Below are positions 49,748 to 59,846 of a stretch of 64,000 nt of DNA, piece after piece. Each line of letters begins with the position of its first letter. Position 1 is the stretch's first letter. The position numbers and the translations under genes are program-made. The stretch is from Methanobacteriota archaeon (GTDB lineage Archaea > Methanobacteriota > Methanobacteria > Methanobacteriales > Methanobacteriaceae): positions 352,001 through 416,000 of the forward strand of contig CAWBCJ010000029.1 of the NCBI GenBank assembly GCA_963787255.1, in the 5' to 3' direction. The notes beneath the pieces were generated by a model that was not told where the DNA came from, ran no database searches, and saw only the letters and a list, made by a program, of their open reading frames with translations.

Positions 49748-50923
49748 TTAAGAAAACTTCTGCAAAATACTCTCTAAAACACATGTAACAGTGTCAATTT
49801 GACCTTTTTCTATTACAAGCGGTGGTAAAAACCGTAAAACAGTGTCGGCTGTGCAGTTTATAAGAACGCCCTGTTCTCGAGCTTCATTTGCAATTTCGGC
49901 GCAATCAATGCTTAATTCCATTCCGAGCATCATTCCAACGCCACGAACCTCCTCAACTATTCCATAAAGCTTTGCCTGTTCTTCAAGCTTGTATTTCAAA
50001 TATCCGCCGTTTTCTTTAGATTTTGTCAGCATGTTTTCGTCAATTATGGCGTTAATTGACGCTATTGCAGCAGCACATGCAAGTGGATTCCCACCAAATG
50101 TTGCAGCATGATTTCCTGGTTCAAATGCACTACCAACTTCTTCACTTGCAAGAACAGCCCCAATAGGGAATCCTCCACCTAATGCTTTTGCAACGGTTGT
50201 AATATCGGGAGTTACATTGAATAATTGAGATGCAAACATCTCACCAGTTCGTCCAAATCCAGTTTGAACCTCATCAAATATTAAAAGAACATCGCTCTCA
50301 TTACAAATCTTTTTTAATTCCTCTAAATAGCCTTCGGGAGGCATTATAACTCCACCTTCTCCTTGAATTGGCTCTACAAGTACTGCTGCTGTATTTCCAG
50401 TAATATTTTCAACAACAGCCTCTAGATCACCGTAAGGAACGTGCGTGAATCCTTCGGGGAGTGGCTCAAATCCTTTTTTATATTTATGCTGACCAGTTGC
50501 AGTGATCATGGCAAGGGTTCGCCCGTGGAAGGAGTTTTCCATTGCAATAATCTCTCCTTTACCTGTAAATTTCCGTGCAAGTTTCACCGCACCTTCATTT
50601 GCCTCTGCACCGCTGTTGCAGAAAAAAGATTTGTCATGAACTGAAATATCTGCCAGTAATTTTGCAAGTTCCACCTGTTGCTCTGTGTAATAAAGATTTG
50701 AACAGTGAAGCAACTTTTGGGCCTGTTTGCATATTGCATTGACAACTTTTGGGTGTGAATGTCCTACATTATTTACTGCAATCCCTGCAAAACAATCTAT
50801 GTAAGTGTTCCCTTCAACATCTTTAACTAATGCTCCTTTTCCTTCTTTTAGGGCTAAAGGCTGTCGTCCATAGGTTTGCATTACATATTTCTTATCTAAA
50901 TTTATAATTTCTTTTGTATTCAT
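49748..50923 (-). CDS. argD: Acetylornithine aminotransferase
   Basis: [41 protein letters not shown]. Confidence 0.95.
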   Translation of the reverse strand: MNTKEIINLDKKYVMQTYGRQPLALKEGKGALVKDVEGNTYIDCFAGIAVNNVGHSHPKVVNAICKQAQKLLHCSNLYYTEQQVELAKLLADISVHDKSFFCNSGAEANEGAVKLARKFTGKGEIIAMENSFHGRTLAMITATGQHKYKKGFEPLPEGFTHVPYGDLEAVVENITGNTAAVLVEPIQGEGGVIMPPEGYLEELKKICNESDVLLIFDEVQTGFGRTGEMFASQLFNVTPDITTVAKALGGGFPIGAVLASEEVGSAFEPGNHAATFGGNPLACAAAIASINAIIDENMLTKSKENGGYLKYKLEEQAKLYGIVEEVRGVGMMLGMELSIDCAEIANEAREQGVLINCTADTVLRFLPPLVIEKGQIDTVTCVLESILQKFS

Positions 50924-51139
50924 ATTGATCACCTTAATAAACACTAAAAAATGAATTTAATTCACATTTAGAATATTTTATTTAAAAATTACTGATTAAT
51001 AATTTTGTTTTTTCACTATTAAAAACATACTCTTAACTGGAAATTTAAATAGTTTAAAAGATTAAATGTAGTAGAAAGTATATAATAATAATGAAATATT
51101 CATCTAAAATACTTATTTTAAACTTTTAATGGTGATAAT

Positions 51140-51565
51140 ATGAAAAAAGCAATAATTGAAACTGACAAAGGAAACATAGAATTAGTATTATTTGATAAAG
51201 AAGCTCCAAATACAGTAGCTAACTTTGAAAAACTTGCAAAAGAAGGTTTTTACAATGGGCTGACCTTTCACAGAGTTCTCCCTAACTTCGTGATTCAGGG
51301 AGGATGTCCTAAGGGCAATGGAACAGGGGGACCTGGCTACACCATAAAATGTGAAATAAACCCTCACAAACATGGAGCAGGGGCTCTTTCAATGGCACAT
51401 GCAGGTAAAGATACCGGTGGAAGCCAGTTTTTCATCACCCATTCGCCACAGCCTCATCTCGACGGAGTACACACAGTCTTTGGTAAGGTTGTTAAGGGGA
51501 TGGACGTTGTAAATAAAATTCAACCAAATGATGTAATGAATAAGGTCTCTGTTTTTGATGAATAA
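51140..51565 (+). CDS. Cyclophilin-type peptidyl-prolyl isomerase
   Basis: FHRV, QGG, LSMAHAG, GSQFFI, HTVFG. Confidence 0.95.
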   Translation: MKKAIIETDKGNIELVLFDKEAPNTVANFEKLAKEGFYNGLTFHRVLPNFVIQGGCPKGNGTGGPGYTIKCEINPHKHGAGALSMAHAGKDTGGSQFFITHSPQPHLDGVHTVFGKVVKGMDVVNKIQPNDVMNKVSVFDE

Positions 51566-51760
51566 TTTCATCAAACATTTTTTTTTATTTACTTTTTTAC
51601 TTAATCTAATTTAAATTCCTTAAAATTTTAATTAAAATAAATTAATTTTGCTTTATTTATAATTCAATGTTTATTTTAATATTATTAATTATTACAAAAT
51701 ATTTATTAAGAATTAAATTCAAAAATAATTGACAATATTCAATCCCAAGGTGAAATATTT

Positions 51761-53401
51761 TTGAATTTGGAGAGAAAGTGGGGAATACTTCTTGCACTTG
51801 CCCTTGGAACTATAATGGTGCCTATAAATGCCAGTATAGTTAATGTTTCCCTACCAACAATTACAATTTTCTTTTCTACAAGTATTGCAGTCTCAGAATG
51901 GGTAATAACTGCTTATCTAATTAATTTATTGGGCTTTGTTTTATTATTCGGCAGATTAGGTGACTTTTACGGCCATGAAAGAATTTACATGATGGGGCTT
52001 TTAAGCTTTGTAGCCACGTCATTATTATGCAGTATTTCCACATCAATAGAGCTTTTAATACTTTTTAGGGCATTGCAGGGAATAGCAGCTGCTTTAATGA
52101 TATCTGTTTCCATGGGCATAGTTAAAGATGCATTTCCACTTAGACAAACAGGAAAAGCACTAGGAATATACGCAGTTTCGATAGCAGCAGGATTAGCAAT
52201 AGGTCCTATGATGGGGGGAATATTGCAGAGTTTATTCAGCTGGCAAACCATCTTTTTAGTTAACGTGCCAATTGGAATTATCAGCTTTCTGCTTTGTTAT
52301 AAAATACTAGAAAGTGGAGAGCCTAAAAAAGTTAAATTGGATGTTCTGGGGGCTGTATTGCAGTACATATGCATTTTTTCTGCAGTATACTTATTAATCA
52401 GCATCCAAAATTTAAAAATAGATATTATAACATTAATAGCAGCATTTATAGCTGTATCAACACTGATTTTATTTATATGGAACGAAAAAAATGCTGAGAA
52501 TCCTCTTTTAGATATTCAAATGTTTAAAAACAGATCTTTTTCTGCATTCAATCTTAGTCTGTTTTTTAATTACATCAGCATGTATATGATTCTTTTTATA
52601 ATGCCTTTTTACCTTCAGAAAGTGTTGAAATTTGATCCAGCATTAACTGGAGCAGTTTTGACAATAAATCCAGTAACTATGATGCTATTAGCTCCTTTAA
52701 GTGGAACTCTTTCTGACAGGTTTGGATCCCGACTGCTGGCAATTATAGGGGCTTTAATAAGCGCAATAGCTTTTTATTCCATGACATATCTTACTATATT
52801 TTCCAGTACATTTGACGTGCTTTGGAGGCTTGCTTTACTAGGTGTAGGCGCAGCATTATTTCAAGCACCTAATAACAGGGCAATCATGCATATTATACCT
52901 GATAAAAAGAAAGGCATTGCATCAAGCATTATTGTGACTATGCGAAATCTGGGAATGGTTTTTGGAGTGTGCATTGCAGGTATACTACTATATTCTACTT
53001 TAAATCCTGCTCTTTTAGAGCAAGATATACTTTATAATCTGGCTGCTTATAATTTTACTTCTGGAATGCATCTAGTTGTTCTTTTAGGCGCTGTTTTAAG
53101 TATTCTCATTTTTATACTGTCTCCAGTGGGTATTTACAGAAAAAAAATAGCTGAAACCAGGGAAATAATCCAAGAATCAGAAATAGTTCCCACACCCAAA
53201 TACATAATTAAAGAATCAAAGGTAATAATTGATGGATCAGAGCTATTAAAATACTCAAAAGAACTAATTAAGGGATCTGAGATCGTAAAGTATTCAAAAG
53301 AAATAATTAATGCATCAGAATCTCTTCATAAACATAAGGAGGTCCTTAAAGAACATTACGAAGAAATTGGTTTATTGAATTCTGAAAAGTGCAATAAATA
53401 A
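51761..53401 (+). CDS. MFS transporter (DHA2/EmrB-QacA-like) with repetitive soluble C-terminal tail
   Basis: IVNVSLP, GRLGDFYG, RALQG, IFLVNVPIG, PLLD, SDRFG. Confidence 0.9.
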   Translation: MNLERKWGILLALALGTIMVPINASIVNVSLPTITIFFSTSIAVSEWVITAYLINLLGFVLLFGRLGDFYGHERIYMMGLLSFVATSLLCSISTSIELLILFRALQGIAAALMISVSMGIVKDAFPLRQTGKALGIYAVSIAAGLAIGPMMGGILQSLFSWQTIFLVNVPIGIISFLLCYKILESGEPKKVKLDVLGAVLQYICIFSAVYLLISIQNLKIDIITLIAAFIAVSTLILFIWNEKNAENPLLDIQMFKNRSFSAFNLSLFFNYISMYMILFIMPFYLQKVLKFDPALTGAVLTINPVTMMLLAPLSGTLSDRFGSRLLAIIGALISAIAFYSMTYLTIFSSTFDVLWRLALLGVGAALFQAPNNRAIMHIIPDKKKGIASSIIVTMRNLGMVFGVCIAGILLYSTLNPALLEQDILYNLAAYNFTSGMHLVVLLGAVLSILIFILSPVGIYRKKIAETREIIQESEIVPTPKYIIKESKVIIDGSELLKYSKELIKGSEIVKYSKEIINASESLHKHKEVLKEHYEEIGLLNSEKCNK

Positions 53402-53423
53402 TGATTTAATTAAGCTATTTTGC

Positions 53424-54011
53424 TTAAAGATGTTTATCAAGTACAATTGCATAAAAATCAGCTATTATTTCAGCTATTTTTAGATGAGTATCATTATAAT
53501 CTTCTTTTGGGCTTGCAAGAACTATTTGACCCAGTATTTTTCCCCTATATTTAACCGGGACTGAAAGAAACTGATTTACAGGCACATGGCCTGGTGGAAG
53601 TCCGTGAGCTGCGGTATGGGAAGATATATCATGCATATAAAATGATTCGCCGGTGTCTAGGGAATATCCAAGGAGGCCGCCATAGGTTCCATCATTTAAA
53701 ACCTTAAAACGGGCTTCTCCCATTTTTTCGTACATTTCACATTCTCCAGTCATGTGGCTGAATGATATTCCGACACTGTCTTTATTTTCAGGGTCAATAT
53801 AAGCTATATAACAGAATTCACTATCTGTTAGTTTCATCGCTTCTTCATGTACAAGATCTGATATTTTTTTAAGGGAATAATTATCTAAAATGTTTATAAT
53901 TTGATTAATAAGCTCATTTTTCTCTTCATATGTTGAATTAGATTTAATGAATTTTTCCATGAGGGTTTTAACTTCAATGGTTTTAGATAAGTTATTAGAA
54001 CATGTTTCCAT
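53424..54011 (-). CDS. Stand-alone GAF domain protein
   Basis: [38 protein letters not shown]. Confidence 0.8.
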   Translation of the reverse strand: METCSNNLSKTIEVKTLMEKFIKSNSTYEEKNELINQIINILDNYSLKKISDLVHEEAMKLTDSEFCYIAYIDPENKDSVGISFSHMTGECEMYEKMGEARFKVLNDGTYGGLLGYSLDTGESFYMHDISSHTAAHGLPPGHVPVNQFLSVPVKYRGKILGQIVLASPKEDYNDTHLKIAEIIADFYAIVLDKHL

Positions 54012-54379
54012 TATTATTCCTCTTAATTTTTTGTTAAAAACCTATTGAAATATTTCTATGTTCATTATTAATATTTTACTTACCAGTAAGTGTAATTTGT
54101 TAATGACAAATAATAACGAGTCCGTTAAATATTAGAATTCATGAGTTTAGGCCTTCATAACTAAAATAAAATACTATTATAAGTCCGGATTAGTGTAATA
54201 AACTATAAAAGGGTAAAATTAGAATAAATGCCATTAATCGCAGTTGTTTAACGTTTGTTTTTATAGTACTATTGGCAACTATTTCGACATTTATAGTCCA
54301 GGGATAGAGTAGTTTAGCATATATGATTATAATTCCTATGGAAAAATTCATTGTAAGATTATAAAATCATTATTTTCAT

Positions 54380-55003
54380 TTAAACTATTTTAAAATACAG
54401 AAGATCATCTTTCCCTATAATTTTAATTATTTTTCCTGCTGTATACTCTAAAGGAATTTCCAAGCCGTTATCTGCATTAATATATCTACATCCATCTTTA
54501 TGAAATGTTTTGGAAACTTTTAAAATATTAAAAGGAATATATCCTGCTAATTTAGCTTTTGAAAACCAGTATGTAGATATTGGGCAGATTTCAGGCCACA
54601 AAATCAAATCACCTTTTTTAACAGATTCCGGATTTTCCTTAACCAATAAAAGATCTCCTTTTTTAGCAAAAGGTTTTATATTATCTTTTAACTTTAAAAC
54701 AAGTGTTTTATGATATTTAAGATTTTGAGAATGTTTTTTTATGACCTTTGCTAAATATCGGGTAGTTATAGATTCTAAATTTGTGTCTGATTCGCCTTTT
54801 GAAAGCAAATGTTCATGTATCCCCCTTTCAAAAGCTCCTGTAAGCCTTATCCAGGCGTCAACGTTTCTGCATGAGGTTGATTTACTTGTAGAACGCATTG
54901 GACATTTCCAGCAGTATTCATTCTTTAAGATTTCCTGTATTTTTGCATAATGGTCCCTTGAAACCCTGCTGAATTCCTCTAAAGCCTCAGATAGTTCTCC
55001 CAT
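54380..55003 (-). CDS. Hypothetical protein: N-terminal C-x2-C-x10-C region plus S24/S26-like C-terminal domain
   Basis: CWKCPMRSTSKSTSC; NIKPFAKKGDLLLVKENPESVKKGDLILW resembles the signal peptidase core. Confidence 0.65.
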   Translation of the reverse strand: MGELSEALEEFSRVSRDHYAKIQEILKNEYCWKCPMRSTSKSTSCRNVDAWIRLTGAFERGIHEHLLSKGESDTNLESITTRYLAKVIKKHSQNLKYHKTLVLKLKDNIKPFAKKGDLLLVKENPESVKKGDLILWPEICPISTYWFSKAKLAGYIPFNILKVSKTFHKDGCRYINADNGLEIPLEYTAGKIIKIIGKDDLLYFKIV

Positions 55004-55264
55004 AAAGATCACATGATAAAATTCTAATTGTTTATTTGTTACTCTTTAACCTAATTATTTTTAAAGGATCATTGCTTCAAATATTAAATAAATAATTGCT
55101 CATATTTCTATAATTTGCAAATGATCTTATTATACTTAAAATTGCAGTATTGATTAATTAAAATGAAATTGTGAATTTTTATGAACCCTTAATTTACTTA
55201 AACTTAAATAATTGTGAATCAAATTCCATTATGAGTGTAAAAAGTTACAAAGGCGGATTGAAAA

Positions 55265-55675
55265 ATGATTCAAAATACTGGCCTGGAGATAACAGCAAAA
55301 CTTGAGAGGTTATCATTACTATCGAATTTTATAGGGAATTCAATGGTTAAATTTGGTTTAAGTGAATACCAGCAATTTCAAGTGCAAATTGCTGTTGAAG
55401 AAGCTGTTACAAATTTGATAAAACACGGTACTCTGAAAGAAAACGATAAAATCAGTGTAAAATGTCAAAAAATGGATAATGAAATTGTAATTGTAATTGA
55501 ATACCATGGAAAGCCGTTTAACCCTACAAATGTTGAAAGACCAGATTTAAGCACTTTGTCTTTAAAACCTGATTCTGGCGGTTTAAGGGTTTATTTTATT
55601 AAAAAATACATGAATAAGGTTAATTATGGATTTAATGGTGGAATGAATGTATTAACCTTAATTAAATATATTTAA
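55265..55675 (+). CDS. RsbW/SpoIIAB-like HATPase protein with degenerate motifs
   Basis: AVEEAVTNLIKHG N-box; GKPFNP; GGLRVYFIKKYM; NVLTLIK. Confidence 0.8.
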   Translation: MIQNTGLEITAKLERLSLLSNFIGNSMVKFGLSEYQQFQVQIAVEEAVTNLIKHGTLKENDKISVKCQKMDNEIVIVIEYHGKPFNPTNVERPDLSTLSLKPDSGGLRVYFIKKYMNKVNYGFNGGMNVLTLIKYI

Positions 55676-55707
55676 TTAGCTTTTAAAAATTATTTTTAGT
55701 TTAGAAC

Positions 55708-56688
55708 TTATTTTTTGGGCTTTAATTCATTTATAAGTCCAGATTTACGCGCATAATGGAATAAATACAGCTGTGTATATCCTGCGTAATTCCCAAACTT
55801 TTTTATCCCAAAAGATCTCATTTTAGGATTTGAAACGTTTTTTGAGTTGAAATAAAGTTTAGAAACGATCCTGCTAATCCATATGTCCACTGGAAAGGCC
55901 TTTCCAAACCCATAACCGTAAAAGAGAATACAGTCACCTACTTTTGGCCCCACTCCTGGAATCTTTAAAATAGTGTCGAAAGCAGCTTCGTAATTCATAT
56001 TTCTGATTTGATTTAAATTAATTTCATCTTGAACCATCTGCGCTGCCTGAATTATGTACTTAGCCCTGTAACCAACACGGCAGCTTCTAAGATCTTTCCA
56101 GGTATGTTTGCTTTTAAGAAGCTCTGGATTGCATTCTTCTTCGTCAAATTCGCTTTCAGGGGCGTTTCCAAGCACTTCTGGAAGGGGAAAGGTGTAAAAT
56201 GTTTCACCATCAAATTCGTATTTATTTCCCCATTTTTCCTTTAAAAGGCGAATGGCTTTATTCCATTGCCTGATGGAGTTATGGGCTGATGTTATGGAAC
56301 AAATAACTGATTCAAAAATATTATTGGCTTTAAAAAGACGTAATCCTCTGCAAAAATCAATTGTGGGCTCAAGATTGGGATCTTTTTTTAAAAAATCGTA
56401 TAGTTTTGTAAGATCATCATTTAATCCAAATATTTCCATTATTTCATATTTAATAAGCTGTTTATCTATTTTTTCTTGGTATTCAGCAATAATGTCAATT
56501 GGTTTATCTGAATTAGATTTATGGGCGATTTTAATTAAACAGGGCTTATTATCTATCCTTATTAACTCCTGAAAATATTTATCATTCTTCTCCCAGGCAG
56601 GTTGAGAAGTTTGACCACTATTAATAGTTAAATTAAGGTCAAAGGGGCCTTTGTATTCATGTGATTCAATTGTAAATCGTGTCTTCAT
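55708..56688 (-). CDS. 8-oxoguanine DNA glycosylase (OGG1-type)
   Basis: FDLNLTINSGQ, GLRL, VGYRAKY, PGVGPKVGDC, FPVDIW, YAGYTQLYLF. Confidence 0.88.
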   Translation of the reverse strand: MKTRFTIESHEYKGPFDLNLTINSGQTSQPAWEKNDKYFQELIRIDNKPCLIKIAHKSNSDKPIDIIAEYQEKIDKQLIKYEIMEIFGLNDDLTKLYDFLKKDPNLEPTIDFCRGLRLFKANNIFESVICSITSAHNSIRQWNKAIRLLKEKWGNKYEFDGETFYTFPLPEVLGNAPESEFDEEECNPELLKSKHTWKDLRSCRVGYRAKYIIQAAQMVQDEINLNQIRNMNYEAAFDTILKIPGVGPKVGDCILFYGYGFGKAFPVDIWISRIVSKLYFNSKNVSNPKMRSFGIKKFGNYAGYTQLYLFHYARKSGLINELKPKK

Positions 56689-57012
56689 AATTCGTTATTA
56701 TTTATTTGGCTTCTAAATTACAATAAATTTTCTATAGTGATATAAAAAATAGATATTAGTATTAAAAAATATAAAATTAGTACTATGATGTTTTTACAAC
56801 TGGTAATTAGTCTATAAGCCATAGTTTTCTGGATTATGGGACTTTTCATTGGAATGTTACTGCAAATATTACGGGTATGGACATTCAGAAAATGACAATA
56901 ATATTTGGGGGAATAGGAGTTATGAGTGGAGTTATAATTGGACATAAAATAGTAAATCGAGCAATATATGGTCCAAATAGGGTTTGATAATTTTTATGGG
57001 GTTTTTGATAAA

Positions 57013-57939
57013 TTAGCTGAAAACAGCGCCCAAAAAGTCAAATGCAAGCCTTGCGGCAACCTGGGAAGTTATATCTGCTGGATCAAAAAGAGGATTAACT
57101 TCAACAAGATCAAAACCGATAATATTATGTTTTTTTGGTAATGCTGTAATTAATTCTCTCATTTGGAGATAACTTAGACCTCCAGGCTCTGGAGTGCCCG
57201 TTCCCGGGGCTATTGAAGGATCAAGGACATCAATATCCAGAGTTACATATATATTGTCAGATGAGGGGATCTGGTCTAAAATCAAGCCTGTTCCATTTTT
57301 TAAAACTTCTTCGGCCGTTATTATTTGTGAACCGTATTTTACTGATTCTTCATAATTTGATTCACTGTCAGTAAATCCCCGAATGCCAATCTGGGTGATA
57401 TTATCTACATTTTCAAGCTCGGAAGCACGTTTAATAGGGTTTGAGTGTGAAAATTTCACATTAGCCACATTGTCTAAGAAATCAAGATGAGTATCGAAAT
57501 GGACAATGTCCAGGGGAACCTCGAATGCGTCAATTATGGGGAAAGTAATTGAGTGATCACCACCGAAAGCTACAGGAAAAACATCCTTATCTATAATATT
57601 TTTAAAGGTATCATGAATCATGCCCATGTTTGACCTCGTATGTGTAGGTAAGATAGGCACGTCACCGTAATCTATGAAGTTTACTCCTTGAAGAACGTGT
57701 TTTCGATGTTCCAGATCAAAGGCGCCTTTTTCCAAATGAAAGTAAATGCCATAATTTTGCGAGGCCATACGGATTGCACGAGGCCCATAGCGTGTTCCAG
57801 GCCTATTTGTAGTGCCCTGATCAAAGGGAACGCCTACAAATGCAGCATCCACGTTCCCCAATTCTTTTGTATGCTTGAATTTATAAAATGTTGGAACACC
57901 CAAATAGGGAAATCTGTCTTCTATGTCATGTAAACTCAG
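57013..57939 (-). CDS. speB: Agmatinase/ureohydrolase family protein; probable CTG start
   Basis: GVPFD, RPGTRYGP, GGDHS, FDTHLD, DIDVLDP, PGTGTPEPGG; GGAGG 7 nt before an in-frame CTG. Confidence 0.85.
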   Translation of the reverse strand: MSLHDIEDRFPYLGVPTFYKFKHTKELGNVDAAFVGVPFDQGTTNRPGTRYGPRAIRMASQNYGIYFHLEKGAFDLEHRKHVLQGVNFIDYGDVPILPTHTRSNMGMIHDTFKNIIDKDVFPVAFGGDHSITFPIIDAFEVPLDIVHFDTHLDFLDNVANVKFSHSNPIKRASELENVDNITQIGIRGFTDSESNYEESVKYGSQIITAEEVLKNGTGLILDQIPSSDNIYVTLDIDVLDPSIAPGTGTPEPGGLSYLQMRELITALPKKHNIIGFDLVEVNPLFDPADITSQVAARLAFDFLGAVFS

Positions 57940-58264
57940 ATTAAATCCTCCAAACCATTAAATTCACTGCCCAATATAAAATAATCCCTCTCTTTTACTT
58001 TAAATCAATAAAAATCTGTTTTTTTGTGCAATGTAAACTCAATAAGTTATCCAAATTGATTAAAAAATACAAATGTCGGTAAAAATAATAAAAAGCTAAA
58101 AAAGAAATAAGTTTATTCATGGTGATGATGTTTATGATTTTAAACTTTTCTAACACTAATTTCTAAAAAATCGCCTTATTTAATGTCGGCAACTTATAAA
58201 CCCTATTTTTTTTTAAATGAATTAACTTTTTTTGGTTTTATGCTTAAAAAAACGAGATTAAAAG

Positions 58265-58849
58265 TTATTTTAAAATTTCCATGAACCTGACGCCTTTATC
58301 CTTGATTGAATACCTATCGCCTTCACTTGTAATTAAATCTGAATTTTCCAACTCGTGCAGATATTGATTAATGGTTAATTTTGAATATCTGCCGTTTCTT
58401 CCCCCTTCAGATATGCTTAAATGGTTTACTACGTCGTCAGGGTTGGAATTTTCATGATCTTTTATATATTCCATTATCTTTTTCTTTGTATGTGTAAATG
58501 CATGGGCAGTGTTTATTGGAAGAGAAATCAGCTTATTATTATCGAAAACATAGAATGGAATATTTTTTTGAACTTGTCCTAGATAATAGGTCACATAAAT
58601 ATCCAGCTCATTCTCGCCGGCAATAAAAATTGGATCTACGGCAGCATCAAAGGCACATTTAATATCTCCCAAAATATCAAAGAAATCTCCTTCTAAAAAT
58701 TTGATGCTGTAACCTTCCCTTTCGACATTTGTAAGGCCATAAATATCTCCTTTTGATAGAATTATAACTTCTAATGCTTCAATTCCCTTCTTCTCAAGTA
58801 TAAAATGAATATCTTCAGGATCTTTAATTGTGGTTAATACAGTAGTCAT
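58265..58849 (-). CDS. Hypothetical protein; probable CARF-like domain plus winged HTH
   Basis: TTVLTTI / EVIILS / FFDILGDI / PIFIAG / KLISLP, then KKIMEYI..TINQYLHELENSDLI..YSIKDKG. Confidence 0.6.
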   Translation of the reverse strand: MTTVLTTIKDPEDIHFILEKKGIEALEVIILSKGDIYGLTNVEREGYSIKFLEGDFFDILGDIKCAFDAAVDPIFIAGENELDIYVTYYLGQVQKNIPFYVFDNNKLISLPINTAHAFTHTKKKIMEYIKDHENSNPDDVVNHLSISEGGRNGRYSKLTINQYLHELENSDLITSEGDRYSIKDKGVRFMEILK

Positions 58850-59063
58850 GAAAAACACCTCATAGAGTAATTATATGTTGATAAGTAATAATAAATTTAT
58901 ACTTTTCATTACTAAAAATGAATATTGAATACTATTTAAAAAAAATAGATAGAATCAAATAAATAAAAAAAATTATTGTGGTGCATCTAATCTGTATTCC
59001 ATACTTCTTTAGACATATTCACAATTAATATAGCCCTAATATTTATTGGATTAACCTTCCAGG

Positions 59064-59220
59064 CTATTCATCTAATATTAAGATTTTAGAGTTAATTTTG
59101 TCCAAGAGACCGTTTATAAACTCTGCAGTTTTTTGATTGATGCTGTTTCATCAACCACTTTAACCCTATCATCTATTTGGAATACGTTGCTATTATTTAG
59201 AGCAATTTCTTTTCGTTTTT
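59064..59220 (-). pseudogene. Possible degraded gene fragment of unknown family
   Basis: Protein-like text across a frameshift (KRKEIALNNSNVFQIDDRVKVVDETASI / TAEFINGLLDKINSKILILDE*), no clear start. Confidence 0.3.
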
Positions 59221-59225
59221 TGGAA

Positions 59226-59771
59226 TCATTGATTTAGCATATCTGCTAAACCACGAGCCCATGCCCGTATTTCATCCCAGTTTCTGTAATCATGGCGTTT
59301 GTCCGTATCTTTTCCCTGCTTTTCTAATTCTTTTTTAATTTTGAACCTAGTAGTTACTTCGTAAAGTAGTCCGTGCTTTGCATTAGGATCGTAAACACTT
59401 CCAAAAAGTCCTGTGGCAACAGGTTCATTTTGAAGATATTTCTCTGCCACTTCATCAAGATATTTCTCTTGTCCTTCATCAATGGTTTTTGGATCGTTTG
59501 CAGCTCCACAAGTGACAAATAAGGCCAATTTTTGGTATTTTAAAGCTGATTTATTGTTTTTCAAAAATTTAAGCGATCCTTTAGTCCATTTACCTATTTT
59601 AATACCACTCCCCACAACCACGAGGTCGTAAGGGGAAACATCACAATCTTTAAGGCCCCTGGAATCTACTAGATTTACTTCTACTCCTTCATCTTCAATA
59701 ACTTTTCCTATTTCTTCTGCAATTTCAGCAGCTGTGCCGTATCTTGATCCATAAACGATTAATGCTTTCAT
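59226..59771 (-). CDS. Flavodoxin-domain protein (Flavodoxin_5/HemG-like)
   Basis: LIVYGSRYGTAAEIA, YDLVVVGSGI, DYRNWDEIRAWA. Confidence 0.88.
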   Translation of the reverse strand: MKALIVYGSRYGTAAEIAEEIGKVIEDEGVEVNLVDSRGLKDCDVSPYDLVVVGSGIKIGKWTKGSLKFLKNNKSALKYQKLALFVTCGAANDPKTIDEGQEKYLDEVAEKYLQNEPVATGLFGSVYDPNAKHGLLYEVTTRFKIKKELEKQGKDTDKRHDYRNWDEIRAWARGLADMLNQ

Positions 59772-59846
59772 TTTGTATGCTCCTAACAATTATCTCCCAT
59801 TTTTTGGTTTTATTACCAACTAAGTTCTTAATTATAATAAAATATC

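Noticed and set aside
56718-56945. 75-aa minus-strand ORF between the glycosylase and the agmatinase
   Set aside because: Low-complexity AT-rich translation with no motif; the opposite strand shows only a stop-interrupted hydrophobic stretch
57952-58264. Guanidine riboswitch upstream of the ureohydrolase
   Set aside because: The leader is very AT-rich and I saw no ykkC, mini-ykkC ACGR hairpin or other guanidine riboswitch consensus; an Infernal/Rfam scan would be decisive
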